DNA of 62,279 nt, the filler included, from Dugesia japonica (Eukaryota): the NCBI GenBank assembly GCA_001938525.1. It is 5 parts of 5 records of this genome, joined end to end, with 100 filler letters (N's around TTAATTAATTAA, not from the genome) between each part and the next. Parts side by side here need not be neighbours in the genome. Positions count along the whole stretch, not along the records: positions 1 to 14,058 come from MQRL01643191.1; positions 14,159 to 26,360 come from MQRL01626615.1; 3 more parts are not named here. One strand, 5' to 3'. This document shows, one piece after another, positions 1 through 14,316 of the stretch. The notes beneath the pieces are model-generated. The model was not told the origin of the DNA and ran no database searches. It saw only the letters and a program-made list of their open reading frames with translations. Both the position numbers and the translations under genes were made by a program. The first letter of the stretch is position 1. Every line of letters starts with the position of its first letter.

Positions 1-18
1 TTATTATTAATTTAAATA

Positions 19-1489
19 TAGGCAATATCGAAAAAAGTGATCGTTTTTAAATTTTAAATATTTAAAAATATTTCTAATTAAAATTGTGTTTAATTAATTG
101 AATAGGTAAGCGTAACTTTAAATCTGTTTTATAAATTAATTTAAGATTATTATGAAATACACAAAAGATTAAATGTATTTCTTAATTGAAACTCTTCATT
201 GAAACGTAACAACATGACGGCTTGTGAGGTTTTTGAGATCCTTCATAAAGCATGGTCTCAAAAATATATAAGTGTTTTTAAAATGAGAAGACTTAGAAGA
301 CAATTTCGTACTGGAGAAAGTCAGAGCCAGAAAGGAAGTGGAAGAAGAAAAAGCGAGGAACGTTTACTTATCATTGATAATGTTAAAAGGTGTATAGAAG
401 AATATGGTAATATGACTATTGACGAAATATTTGAATTTTTGCAAAAAACTCGTTCAATGGTTCAACATGTAATTCAAGGAAATCTAGAGGTTCTATAGTA
501 ACACACAAAATGGGTACGTCATGTTCTTACAGATGGTAACAAAGCTCTTCGTGTTGGTCGATGAAATGAATTAATTGATTTATTTCAAAAAACGTTTTGG
601 TGACTAAATCTTGTAACTGTTAATGAAAAGTGTTTTTATTGCCGAAGAATTAAAGCAACTAACTAAATTGGTACTTAGTTAAACGAAGAAGCTGTTGCTT
701 GTGGATATGGTCTTTCCCAGACTCCTGTAAGATCAACGATGGAAAAGAAGTACATGGTCATTATTGCTATTTCACAAATAGGTTACTTTGAAATATTAGA
801 ACGGAATGAAACGATATATATATATATATATATATATTTCGTTTCTTAAATTAATTCGCAAATCAACAACAAAGCTTAATATTTAAGAAAATATGCTTTT
901 TTAAATATTAATAATTTCTTATTAATTTCTAAAATTGGAAACTTAAAATATTTCTTGACAATTAGTATTATTATTATTGTTAGACTTGGAAATCGAATTA
1001 AGCACGAATTATATTTATTATATCAACGATGACACTGTAAGAAATATACATACACACACACATATATATATATATANNNNNNCATTAATTTTCTTCAAAA
1101 AGGACATCAAAGTTTTCTCCCACAAAGTATGTATCTTATGCGTGACAACGCTCGATCACATATTCTATTACATATATTATTGAATTCTTAGACTCTAAAA
1201 ATGTAAAACTTATTCTTCAATCTCCGTATTCATCAGATATAAATATCTGTGACAATCATCTTTTTTAAAGACTGGAGTGCGGTACCAAAATTCACAAATT
1301 TTCGTATGCATTTATTGAAACAATGAAGAAAATTATTGAGGCCGATGACTGCTATGTATAAAAATCAATTTACAGCGATTATTTTTTTATAATATATATT
1401 TATATTTATCTTTTGAATTAATTAGACAAATACATTTAATTTAAAATATTTTAAAATTTATAACGATCACATTTTTCGATATAGCCTGC
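19..1489 (+). mobile_element. Decayed mariner-like DNA transposon with both TIRs
   Basis: Imperfect TIRs: aggcaatatcgaaaaaagtgatcgttt at about 20 versus acgatcacatttttcgatatagcctg at about 1463-1488. Broken transposase: N-terminal ORF 199-498, then KWVRHVLT (WVPHEL-like), LVTVNEK, DNARSH and SPYSSDINICD (YSPDLAPxD-like), with stops, frameshifts and (TA)n insertions. Confidence 0.85.
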
Positions 1490-2259
1490 AATATGTTGTT
1501 TGAAATAGTTTAAGTTTATTACAATTAATTGTTTGTAATAATCCAGTTTAGACATGTTATTATTGTTTTCATTTTATGCTTATTTGTCATTACTTTATTT
1601 TCAATTTTATCTAAAATACGCAACATTATTAAATATTAATTTAGTAAATATGAACTAATTTTCATTAGATTTATTAAATTTTTTAAAGAATTTTTATTTA
1701 TAAATTTATTAAAAAATTCTATTTATGTTGCAGTAGAATGTGTGTTGAGGTATTGTGGTTTTTCACATTCTTAGAAGCTTTATTAATTATTACTAAGAAA
1801 TTTGAGCTTTTTATGAATGTACTCTTGACCGGAAATGGGTTAATAATTTAAGATTTAGTAACACTTAAAAATTTTTTATGTGGATTATATAATTATATGT
1901 GAAATCATAATTTTTGTTGATGGTCAATATTTTTGTTAATGTTTAAAAATAAATGTATTTGTGATTATAACAAATCTTAAGAAATTTATTCTGAATTTTC
2001 ACTTTACAAGATTTTCGTTTATTAAAAAAACTTTCTAAAATTTTCAATAATAAATGGTTAATAGTTAATATTTTTATTTTATTTTGTGTTAACTATTCAA
2101 TTCTACACATGTGGGTCATTATCGCTTCGAAAGTCAAATAACGCCTTGCTACGGGTAAAAATCATCAGAAAAGTGTTTTATTTCTCAATTCGAAAATGTG
2201 AAACTTGAAAATTTAAAATATTTTCACTAGTAATTTGTAGTGTTGGATTTTCGGAAAAG

Positions 2260-3060
2260 TCAACGCATTTTTCCATGTTTTAAAAAGTATATTTATTTAA
2301 ATAAAGAACATAGGTCAATAATTAATATATTGTCCATTTCTCTCAAATCACTTTTTGCCATCTTTTAGCGAGATTCATAATTCTTCAATCATAGAAGAAC
2401 TTGTCTTTATTAACAAAAAACTGAACAAGCTGCTGATCATATGCTCATCTGAATTGAAAGTTACACCACGTAANNNNNNNNNNNNNNNNNNNNNNNNNNN
2501 NNNNNNNNNNNNNNNNNNNNNNNNNNNNNNNNNNNNNNNNNNNNNNNNNNNNNNNNNNNNNNNNNNNNNNNNNNNNNNNNNNNNNNNNNNNNNNNNNNAA
2601 CGTTGTTTTGATGCAAAACAACTTCTTTACAACGAGCTCTGAACGTTTTTGGATAATGGATTTGTTCAAACTGTTCAATTGTCGACAGTACGTTTGTGAA
2701 TTGATTGTTTGTTTCCTTGCTAATAGCTCAAAAAACAGGAAATCTTTAAAATCCGATCGCACTAATATCATAGGCTCTTTTCTGATGAGTCTCAGCTTTT
2801 GACTTCATTTGACTTGGAGCTTCGCGCTGGGACCAAGACCGTTTGCATGCTGAATTATTGTAAACGATCCACTTCTCATCACCAATTACTAATTACTTCA
2901 AGAAAGTATCGTTTTTCTTACGATTAATGAAAATGTGACAGTTGTTTATGCGTGACGTCAAATAAATTTCCTTGAGTTCATGAAGAACTCAAATATATAG
3001 GTTGTTTATGTATCCCAGCCTCTTCAAGAAGTCATGAACGGTTGAATGTAGATATATAAA
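2260..3060 (-). mobile_element. Mariner transposase pseudogene
   Basis: Minus-strand VLHELKE, LVIGDEKWIVYNN, FFELLARKQTINSQTYCRQL and RIMNLAKRWQKVI; interrupted by an N gap. Confidence 0.9.
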
Positions 3061-4206
3061 ATCTTTTAAATGCTATAATTACAAATTTTTCAAAAATTTT
3101 AAATTATCTATTTAAATTATAACATTATTTTTTTTTATTACAAATCATATAAAAAATTATATAAAAATCATATTAAATCATATTAAATCATATTCAAAAA
3201 TCATATTATAAAATCATTTATACAAATCATATTAAAATAATATTAAATTATTTAGTTGATTTTAAATTATCTTTTCAAATTATGTAACATATATTTTAAT
3301 ACTAATAAAAATTATAATTAACTATTTTTTTTAAAAAATTTCAATAAATTATTTATTTAGACGTTTATTTATTCATTATTTAAATTATCAAATTTAATTA
3401 TAAAATTTTGAAATTAATACACTATTTTATCAAATTAATTAATTTTCAAATTTTTAAATTTTCGACCTTTATTTTATGAAGTTAAGTAAATTATTTATTT
3501 ATGTAATTATTTTCGTTAACAACTTTAAAATTTAACTGTCTCAAACTATACTTACAATAATTATTTAAAACGTTTGAAAAACTTAAATTTTCAATATTTA
3601 TTGTTCAACATAATTGTTAAAAATAAAATTATTAATAAATTAATGTTTTTATTATATTTTTTAAAAAATAATTTCAAGTTATCAGTCGTTTTTTTAATCT
3701 CTAAACGGTATTTTCTTTGTAATTACCAATCGTCGATTTTTTTAAATTAAAATTCATATTCCGCTATTTTATCTGATAATTCCAATGAAATATTTCAATT
3801 AATAATTTATTTTTTGAAAATTATTTGTGAGACTATTTCGGTTTATTTCTTTAATATAAATAAAATAAACTATTTAACGAGTATGTTTGAAGAAAAATTA
3901 AAAAGTATATTAGTTTCCATTTAGAACTGTATATCGACACTTTATTGCACTTTTTCAAATGTCAAATTTTCGTTTTTAGTCGGCAAATATGTTTTCATGT
4001 AAGTTATCATGTTTGGATATTATTATGTTCATATTGCGACAGATTTTCAATCTAATTACATTCTCCAGGATTCTGGAATTCTATGTAACAAATAAAAGCA
4101 TAAATTTCTCCAAAAAAATTTTTTATGAAAATATTTCTGTGTAAAACAAATTTCTATTGGAATTAATCAAATTTTTGTGTAGCTTTCTCATTTCTAACTT
4201 TTATAG

Positions 4207-7200
4207 GTCTTTACTTGACGGATTTGACGTACATTAATGTTGCTCATTCTAAACTAAGCGAATTTGAATCGCAAACAAAAACAGATCAAATTAATAATAT
4301 TTTAAGAACAGTATCGGAATTTCAACAGTCTGAATATGGTAAAGCTGAATGTTTTGATTTTGCAATGAATTCTATTAATATAGAAATTCCACAAAATCCT
4401 ACATTATTTCGTTATTTTGATAATCAGCGATATATTGAAGAATTACAGAAAATCATTGAAGAAAATAATTATCGAACTAGTGTGTCACTTGAACCAAATA
4501 TTGCCGATTCATCAATTGTGTCATCTCGTCAGCAGCCAGACTATCCCGTAATCAGTTCACTCAGTCCTCAGAAAACACCGCCATCGTATGCGTGTAAACA
4601 TCCAGCTAGTATAATATTTTTATACGCCCAAATTTTGTAACGGCTATATTAATCATAGATTCCGGTTATCTACAATCTCCTATTGCACCAAAACCAATGT
4701 CATCAACATTATTGAACGAATCCATAAAAGAAGTGTCAGAACAACTTACCAGTCTAGTTATTAGAAACGATAATCAAAATACAATCACATCTGATGATAC
4801 TATGCATATTTCAAGTTTGGATGATGGAGAAAAAGTAGTTGTAAACTCTACTCAACCGTCTGCTAGGGAGTCCAACAATCAAGACATACTTAAAGTTCAA
4901 AAGTACGATATGAAATCTTCAAATAAATATTCGGTGAGAATAATCGATTGTTGATAGTTATTACATTGAAAATATATATATTTAGATTATTAAATTCATT
5001 TTTACACTGAATAAAATATTTCCTAATTTTAATCATGTAAATATTTTAATATCTGGAATATAGAATATAATTGTCCGTAATTTCATCAATTATTTTATAA
5101 ATTTTTATATTTTATAGATGGGAAAATATTACTGGAATTGGAATATATTTGAATACATTGAACTGTAGATCACCACCAAAGTCCTTTCAAAGCCCCTTTT
5201 TTTCTGCACCCGACGTACTGTCGTTTTTATAGTGGTATTTTTAAATCTTTTCTGGTTCTGCCGATTTAAAATTTTTTTCCATTTTTCCTTCAACGTCTCT
5301 TTTTTCTTATAATCAAATGTTTCTAACTCTTTCTTTATTGTCTCTACCTTCATTTTTACGACAGAACTCTTCGTGCTTTTCAAACAGTTTTCATATTTCT
5401 AATTATATATATTTTCTTATTTCTCGTGGTTTCGTTACATATGTTTATTTATCTCATAATTTTTCCTTGCTTTGTACTTTCTCTTCTTATTTTCTCCTGC
5501 GGCTTATCTTGTTTGTTTCCTGTTTTCCGTCATTTCTTAATATTTCCTTTCTTTTTTGTATTAGTATTTTTATTTCTTCTTGGTCGCTTTCGTTTTCTTT
5601 CTCTACTGTTAATTTGATATATTTCTTATCTTTCACAACATTTGTATGTTTCTCCCGCTGATTTTGGTTCCCACCTAAACTGCGTTTCAATACTTTTAAC
5701 AATATCCAATCATTTTCTATTTTAATAAAATAATAATATTAGTTTAGTATTTTCAGTTATACAGTGTTTTCGGTCATTTTAATAAATTTTTCAAATGATT
5801 TTAATAATTTTCATTTCAACCATTTATCAAAATTTTTTTTTAAAATAAAAATCTAAAACATTTTATTGAAGTGAAATTTTATTATGTCTCCAATCTTCAT
5901 CCTTTTCTTCAGGGATTATTTCTCTGATTCATTTCGATTAAGTAATAATTTGTATTTGTAGTCAAAGATTTGTTGTCTAAAATACATAATTCAATAAAAT
6001 GTTACTCATGAAATAACATACCTCTGCAAAAATCGATGTGTATAAAAATGGATTAATAAAAGGTTAAGTTCATTGAGTGTGGTGTATATCATCAAGCTTT
6101 GGGATTGCTGATAATGGTATTAGCAGATTAGATTTGTAGTCTTCCAGCTAATGGATATAACCAAGAAACTATTTATAATAATATACGGAGTACTTTAAAC
6201 AAACTGTGCTTAGCATCAAATAATGACCAAGAAGAAAACATCAATAATCAAATAAAAATTTCTATAAAACTACTTTTCTCGGAAGGAGCTAAATCATTGA
6301 AATGCTCACTTATGAAATAATTTGATGATAATACATTTAGATTAATTTTCACTTCATAAACAACTTCCAGTTATATAAGTAACAAATCTACAAATAACAA
6401 AAGCTTTGTTCACTAACCTAGTTTATCAATTTAATTGTAACTGGTGTGATACCACGTGAATTGGAGAGCCAAAACGCCATCTTCTCACACGTGCTAGCGA
6501 GTATATGCAACTGAGTAGAAAAAGTTCCGGTTTAGATCATGTCTGTTGCTGCAAAAGTAAAAAATAAAAACCATCAATGAGTTTACAGTTTTGAACAGTG
6601 ATTTTAGTAATTACTTTGAAAAAGTTGCGTGCGAGGCCTTGAATATTAGGTCTCATAACCCGATTCATAAAACTCAGATTGAGGCGTATTCACTTTTAAA
6701 TTTATTTTAACATTATTGTATGGGATTGATTACACAAGTTTTATTATCCAATATATAAACACTTTCCTTTATTATTTTACAACAGTAATTAATAATGGGC
6801 ACAGAGTTGTTCAAAACATGTCTTGCAAATAAAAATTTTGAAAAATTGCGTCTATTTATTTATGTATATTTGGTTTTAATTAATTTCCGCTATTTATTGA
6901 TCAAAATAACTTTCTTTTACAACATTCACAGTATTTATCTACATTATTTATTACTTTTAGCATCTTTCTGACAAAAGTTGGATTTTTCTGAGGCAAAACG
7001 CCCTATCTTTGGAACTAATCCAACTTAGCAATCAATTTTTTACCTCGTCGTAAATATAGAAGCATGTTGCATTGATTTGAAAAAGTATTAATGAGAAGGG
7101 GCCAAGTATGTGAGTAAGCTGGGTAGAAAATCCCAACAACGTTTCTTTTACACATTTTGCGACACGTGGACGAGTATTGTCGTGCAAAAAATGTCTTTAC

Positions 7201-10200
7201 GCCTATTACTGACTATTGCAGCTAGTTTTTGCTTGATTTCCGTTTTCAATTTGTTTGTACGAATTTCCTGTGATGGTTTCATTCGACGATAAAATTTCGT
7301 AATGAATGACATCCTCTTTCCCCAGCCAAATACAGAGCATCGATTTGTTTCTATGAATAATGCGTTTTGAGATAAAGGCTACTGGTTGACCTAGATTCAC
7401 CCACGACCTTTAAATTTTGGCTTGTCGAAGTAGATCCATTTTTCATCCTAAGTTATTATCTATCACAGTAAACGTTTCTTTTAGTGTCTGGCAAGCAATG
7501 GCCAAAGGTGTTGAAAAGGTTCTCGATTGTACATTTTATGCAATAATGTGGAACCGATATTCTTTCCTTTTGAATCTTCCCTATCTCCTGCAAACGAGTT
7601 AAAATTGTTCCAAGGCAGATATATACATATTCACTGAGAGTTAGTAGAGTCTACATTCAATAATCCTTCCAAAACGGCATCGTCAACTTTGTAGTCTGAT
7701 ATCAATCCATTAGTATTTCTATTGAATAAAAGCATTTGAAAGTTTTGGCAAAATGATTGAAAAACCCTGTAATAAATAATATAATTAGCGTATGTTTTGC
7801 GTTCCTTAGAAATTATTAATTTGTAATCTACTGCCAAAGCTATTTTTTTAATAATGGCTCTTAACAATTACAATGTTAATTATTTAGAGTAAAGGTAAAT
7901 CAATTCAGAAAAATAAAACTGTTTTAATGGAGAAATTGTTNNNNNNNNNNNNNNNNNNNNNNNNNNNNNNNNNNNNNNNNNNNNNNNNNNNNNNNNNNNN
8001 NNNNNNNNNNNNNNNNCCACAATACTTCTTCCACACATTGCCTATTTTCTTATTTTTTACCGTTCCATAATAGGAACATTCGTACTTGGAAAAGTAAACG
8101 TTTCCTTCAACATAAGACTTATCGTGGATAATTTTGTGTCTCGAGAGATTCAACGCGATTAAAAAAATTTTTATGTTTAATTTATTCATCATTTTAAATA
8201 TTGTAATACAGAGAAATGTCCATAATAATAAAATATAATTATTTGTTGTTTTCATTCCAAAATTTTACATATACGTGCGGCCCATAGGATTATAATGCGT
8301 TTTAAAAGTGTTTCGCTAAATAATTTATGTTGGACGGGCCTGTTCAACACTTTTTCTTTATTCTAACCTTTAATTTAACACAATATAGTTTCTATTTTTG
8401 TCACTATATAAAAATTTCATTGATTTAATTAAACCAATTTAACCAAAATTGAAAGTTTTTACATTCTATACTTACTTTTTATAATACAATCAACTTACAA
8501 TAATCAGAATCCGTTAACGTCAAAAAATTTCGTGGTCACAACACGTGGAGCATGTGAAAGTTAGTCATAAAAATTCAATCGATGTCAACCCTGTTAACAT
8601 AACTTCTCTAACATCAAGGCACTTTGTTACCCTTAGAAAGAATTTTACGATATTAACATCACGTCACTATCACAACATGTACACATCACGAACACGAATC
8701 GTTTAGATGAAAACAATCGCACGTAAATACAAATACACATACATTCATGCGTAGGTAATTTATATATAGCGTGTACATAGATAAGGAACTTGCTTCATAA
8801 ATGTTAGGGTTGCGTTATCATTGTTACATATGGACATTTCAAATTTCTTTACCAATCAGTTTGTAGTATCCAAGCTGATAATATAAGCAGTAATGAGTGT
8901 CTGCGTATATTGTGTAAAATTTTTGTGTAATTGCACTTGGAAATATGTACTATTGCTACTTGCAAACATAATATGCATCTCTGTTCGAAAACTAGATTAA
9001 GAGAAAACCGGACTAACATCAAAATATTTTGCAATACCTTATTTTTTATGTTAAACGAATTTAATTGTCGTCAGAATATGCAATCCACTATGTCTTGGAC
9101 TATGAATGTCAGTAATTGAAAGATTCTTATCCAAACTATTAAAATCAAACAAAACGAAAATATTAGATAACTGTTATTTTGAACATGTAACTTTTTCCCG
9201 CTTTTTAATTTCAATAATTTTTATAATTAACAAATTAAAATTAAAAAAACAATGAAAAGTTCTCTATTTTAAATTTCTCAACACAAAATAAAATTCAATA
9301 TTGAATAACGATTAATCAACTAAAACTATTAGGAAATGAATTGTCAATTAGTCTTTAACAACGTGATTCAATGACTCACATTTATATTTTATTTTAATAT
9401 GAATATGCTTTGCTTTGGAAAAAAACAAAATTAATTAGTAAAAACAATNNNNNNNNNNNNNNNNNNNTTTCCATACTTTTATAAAATTGTGAAAACGTTT
9501 TATATTCTATTAATTTTGAACAAAATAAATTATATTTAATATGTTACGTATTGCCATTATTGTAGTATTTATTTTAATAAAAAATATTGTGCTGATACTT
9601 ATTCAGAACTGTGAAACAATAAATAATATTTTCAATTTAATTGATATTTTCTTATTATTGTTCTCACAAGTAAATCTTTTGATAAATATCGATTATGATT
9701 TTAAAATTTAAGTATTTCACATAATTTGTTTTCAATTTAATTATCTTTAAAGAACAAATTAATTGATAATTGAATTTTTAATGAGTGTCATTGTCAATCA
9801 GTTTTTAGAACTCGTTTTGATGTCATAGTTTTAGTAAACTTGTAGTTTATTGATTTTATATTAGATTATTAATTTTTTTATTGATTAAATTCCATTACAG
9901 TTCACTATTGATTCTTTACAGTTGAATTATTACAGTTTACAAAATTTACAGCATATAATTTTTCTTTCTTTTTTATTTTGAAAAATTTATGTAATTATGT
10001 CATTTTATTAGCTTATTATTAACCCATTGTTCTAATATCTCAATATGCTCATGGTTGGTTTTACTACATTCGAATCTAAATTAATTACGAAATATTTTCT
10101 AAATACCCTTTATTTTATTTTGACTTTCAGTTATTATAAAATCTATATTTAAAGATTTGGCTTTTTACCTTAATATTAATAATTAACTTAAAAATATAAA

Positions 10201-13200
10201 CGTGTTTTATTAATAATTTAAATTTTATTGGCCAGACAATTGACTAATTGGAAAACCATGTAAATTATCATTACAGTACAACATTATTTTGTTTGTTATT
10301 TGATTTTTTTAATCTTATTTAGTTTTACTTTCAAAATATTTCTTAGTGATGACGAAAAAATTTATAGTAAATTAAGTCAAACAGCCATCTCATCGAAAGT
10401 CAATACCAATAAACAAAACATTTTATAAATAAACTTGCTTAACTTTAAAAAAATCAAAAGTCGTTAAATAATTGTTTTTTCTAGAATTATACACTGATAT
10501 AATTTCAAAAGGCTTACCGAATAGTTAATATACATGAACATTATAAAATTATTATATTTACTACAGAAATGGAAAATTTTGTTTATTTAATACAATCTTA
10601 TTCAGGCCTGGCCAAACCAAATGGTTTTGCGGTCCATTTTTAAAATGACTTATAATTCCATGAGCCGCATGTATACAGGGTGTGGAAGATATTTGAGAAC
10701 ATACATTTTATGTTACTTTTGTATATTATTTCTTAATGTATAACTTATAAAATATGTTTTATTGAAATAGTTGTAAACAGACTAATGGCAGACATTCAAA
10801 TTACTAAAGAAATGAAAAGAAAATGAAAATGTAATTGTGACTTTGCAAGCTGATCATAGCGATTTAGAAGTAGCACGACTTTTTAAAAGTCTCCATATCT
10901 TTTGTTTTTAATATTCGTAAAGTGCTAGAAAACAAAAATGAAAATTTATCAACGAAAGGTAGAAATCATACCAAATGCTTTGACATCGGCAGAAAAGCTG
11001 ATTTTATCCATAAATTTAAGCACACCAATGATGACAATCTCTTAATATCCTTGAGATCACACAAAATCTCAGAAGAAACAATCATAAATACTCTCCATCA
11101 GATATAAAAGACAATTTCTGTCTGAAAAAACAAAAGAAAATCAGTTAATCAGATCAAAAATAAAAAATCAGCAGAAAAAGATTCAATTTGGTTTTTCTCA
11201 GATGAAAAAATTTTGACCAAGATCCGAAGGCTAACAAGAGAAATGATTGTTGGTTATGTAGAGACTCTAGTGAAGTTCGGAGAGTAATGCATAACAAATT
11301 TACTGCAAATGTTATGGTTTTAGGGGTAGTCAGCAATGAAGAACATATGATTCATCCTCGCTTCTTTCCAAAAGACCTTAAAGTGAACTTTGCTGCTTAT
11401 ATTGAGGTCTTGCAAAAAGTTATTATCCTTGAATAGACTCAGTGCGAAATGGAAGACCTTCTATTTTTCAAGGAATAGATAACTGAAAATATTTTTGATC
11501 ACATCGCTTCTGATATTTGGCATCCTAACTCCCCAGACCTTAATCTAATGAATTACTACATATGGAGCATTACAATGAGCTTTCTCACAACACTATAGAT
11601 TCTTTGAAAGCCACTATAGTTAAAGTAATTTCGAATATGAACCAGGGCCATTTATTTGAAACTTGTAAACTATTTCGATCTTGTGTAGAAGTAGTTATTG
11701 AAGCATATGATGGCTTCTTTGAAAAAAACTAATAAACAGTTAATAGATTTTCATGCTTGTAGAATTTTTCATTAATAAAGTTATTATGTGTCATATAAAC
11801 AGCATATATGTTCTCTGATACCTTACTCACTCTACTTAAAATAAATCATTATTGTTTTTTATTATTTATATGTATCTGTGTTACAATATTAATTACAATA
11901 CTGAAAACAAAAATAATATACAAATTAAACATTTTTAAAACTTCTCTTGCATCTCGCGGGCCGCAAAATTTTACACAACGGGCTGGTGGTCACCCTTGAT
12001 TCAAATTCATGTTTATTTATTATTTTAAATTTTCATATGATTTTATTGTAAATTCTAAATTTATCGAATTATTGTTTTTTTTTGTTAAAGGAAGATGATT
12101 CTGTCCACGCATCTCTTTTATGTGGTGGTGGTAGAAAATCAAATTATAAAAAAAAGTGAGTAAAATCTATTTTTTTTTGAGGGATAATTCGTTATTGTGG
12201 TAGGTCTGGAAACAAAAGTATTAGATTTAAGCGTGATTCATCATCTTCATCACACCAACAAGTGTCAAGTAAAACAGCAACCATTAGTTCTGGTAGTCAT
12301 ACTGCATCGATCGATAAAGATGCCACTGCTTTACATTCGATGTCATTATTGGATGATAGTTATCTAGATGCTACATTAACTGATCCTTGTTCGGTACCGG
12401 TGATTGTAACCGATGTCTCTGGTCAACAGTTGTCACGTCCCGATCCATGTAATCCTGGATTAACAGTAAAACAGAAAGAAATTTTATGTTCACCCCCTAT
12501 TTGTCGCTGCAAAATTAAAGGCGGTTTGTATTTATGATTTATTTGATTTCATTTAAGAATTTACATAGTTTTATAATTACAATTATTGTGAGAATAATTG
12601 TTGGACATAACCATTGATCGCATTTGAGATCTCATTAAAATAAAGAAAAAGCTTCGATTAAAATAAAATGTATTTTTAAAAAAATACAAATTTTCGACAC
12701 TAGTCTTCAGGAATATGATGATCACTTTTTGATAGATTCAAAACGATACAAAATTCTTTATATTTTATCAAAATGTTATTGGTCTATTTAAATTACAATT
12801 TTTTTATTTTAAAATTAAATCTTAAATTAAAATTTTTTTTTAATAAAATTAAATTGAAAATCTCAAAAATGTATTTTATTAACTTTAAAATTTCATTTAA
12901 CTTAGCTTTAATTTTTTACTCATTTTTTAAAAATTTTTAATTAATTTAATTATTGAAAATATTTGAAAAATTTTTATTTATTGAAAAATTTTAAATATTA
13001 ATAAATTAATAATTATATATTAATAATTATAATAAATAAAAAATTTTCAATTCAATTTAATTAAAAAAAATTTTAAAGATTTAATTTTAAGATAAAAAAA
13101 TTATAATTTAAATAGACCAATAAAATTTTGATAAATAATAACGATTTTTATAGTAAAGATCTTTATAGTCGTTTTGAATCTATCAAAAAGTCATCATATT

Positions 13201-13758
13201 CCTGAAGAAGACAAGTGTAGAAAATTCGACTTTTTTTAAAAATATATTTTATTTTGAGCGAAGCTTTTTTTTAATTTACTTAGTATTTATTTATTAAATA
13301 ATATTTCAGTTTTTTAGCAATAATTTTCTGCATTTCTCTAGATATTGTTGATTTAAAACCAAAGTCCTCTAGTAATCGTAAAACAGAAATGCGAAATCTA
13401 GTCAAAATTGCTCAGGCAGCAGAAACCGCGGCCCAATACAGTAAAAAATCCCCGAATTTTTATACAGACCCACATGTCTATTCAGAAAATGGCAATGACA
13501 ACAGTTATGACGACAGTCCCACTTCTGAACATCAGGATACAGTTAAATTGATTTGCCAAGTTCGTTGAAAATTCACTTAATTATTTAGTTAATCAATATT
13601 TTCAGGGTGTTTTATCGAGAAAAACTTGTTTTAAAAATAATAAAAAACCCCTCTTTCCATCATGGAATCGTTATTGGGTTGTTTTAATAATGTCTGGAAG
13701 TAATGCCTATTTTGTCTATTTCGAGAATTCACATTATCGAGCCTCTGAAAGAAAAGAT
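4207..13758 (+). CDS. RALGPS: RalGPS-type Ral guanine nucleotide exchange factor, partial. Exons about 4207-4608, 4659-4933, 12091-12155, 12204-12523, 13342-13559, 13606-13758
   Basis: GLYLTDLTYINVAH...INNILRTVSEFQ...RYIEELQKIIEENNYRTSVSLEP matches the RalGPS CDC25 C-terminus; SLLDDS motif; PH start QGVLSRKTCFKNNKKPLFPSWNRYWVVL...ASERKD. GT-AG boundaries join in compatible phases. The 5' and 3' exons were not found in the window. Confidence 0.88.
5130..5710 (-). repeat. Purine-biased LTR-like repeat in the RalGPS intron
   Basis: Same A-rich architecture and TATA-like segment as the repeats at 40.3-41.0 kb and 43.1-44.7 kb; the ORF calls here are compositional. Confidence 0.4.
5950..6720 (+). 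mobile_element. Highly decayed Penelope-like element (RT remnant plus GIY-YIG end)
   Basis: ECGVYHQAL.. RT-like segment; TNLVYQFNCNWCD and ACEALNIRSHNP resemble the PLE endonuclease start and end. Confidence 0.6.
6800..7830 (-). mobile_element. Mariner transposase pseudogene
   Basis: KSMLCIWLGKEDVIHYEIL..NETIT, FLHDNTRPRV and YLAPSH*YFFKSMQH motifs. Confidence 0.9.
10603..11999. mobile_element. hAT-like MITE split by a maT insertion
   Basis: Left end caggcctggccaaacc...gcggtcc...gagccgca and right end gcgggccgca...ggtggtcacccttg resemble hAT termini and subterminal GCGGGCCG motifs; no exact TSD found. Confidence 0.5.
10676..11833 (+). mobile_element. Tc1/mariner superfamily element (maT/DD37D-like), decayed
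   Basis: TA-cagggtgtggaagatatttgagaacata TIR with an imperfect inverse at about 11805-11833; VMVLGVVSNEE..FFPKDLKVNFAAYIEVL and WHPNSPDLNLMNYYIWS. Confidence 0.85.
12622..13268. repeat. Foldback inverted repeat (arms about 12650-12840 and 13060-13268) with hammerhead-like cores
   Basis: The arms are reverse complements (for example gatagattcaaaacga / tcgttttgaatctatc); a third partial copy lies at 14160-14236. Confidence 0.75.
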
Positions 13759-13967
13759 GTAAGTATCTAATATTCGATATTATGGATTGATTTTTGAATA
13801 ATTGAATCAATAACATTAAGTTTGTCCATAAGCATTTATTAAATTGAAAAGATAATTATTAAACAAATTAACTTATCTGTTTTTATCAATTTGAGAATTA
13901 ATTTTGAACATATTTAAAAAATTTAATTCTTTTTAAACTTTCTAACTAAAATTGATTAAATATTTTT

Positions 13968-13993
13968 AATTATTATTATTATTGTAATTATTA

Positions 13994-14058
<65 letters not shown>
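13968..14058. repeat. (ATT)n microsatellite
   Basis: Direct observation. Confidence 0.95.
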
Positions 14059-14257
14059 NNNNNNNNNNNNNNNNNNNNNNNNNNNNNNNNNNNNNNNNNN
14101 NNTTAATTAATTAANNNNNNNNNNNNNNNNNNNNNNNNNNNNNNNNNNNNNNNNNNNNATTGTCGAAAATTTGAACTTTTTTACAAATAAATTTGGTTTT
14201 GATCGAAGCTTTATCTTATTTTAATGAAATCTAAATTCATTAGAATTAAATTCCATT

Positions 14258-14316
14258 ACGTCACGGGGGGGTCACTGAATGTCTGCTGGTTATGTGCGCT
14301 ACTATCTCTCTACTCT
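14258..14316 (-). mobile_element. Isolated Polinton-type terminus
   Basis: Reverse complement reads AGAGTAGAGAGATAGTAGCGCAC, nearly identical to the terminus at 54944-54966. Confidence 0.55.
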
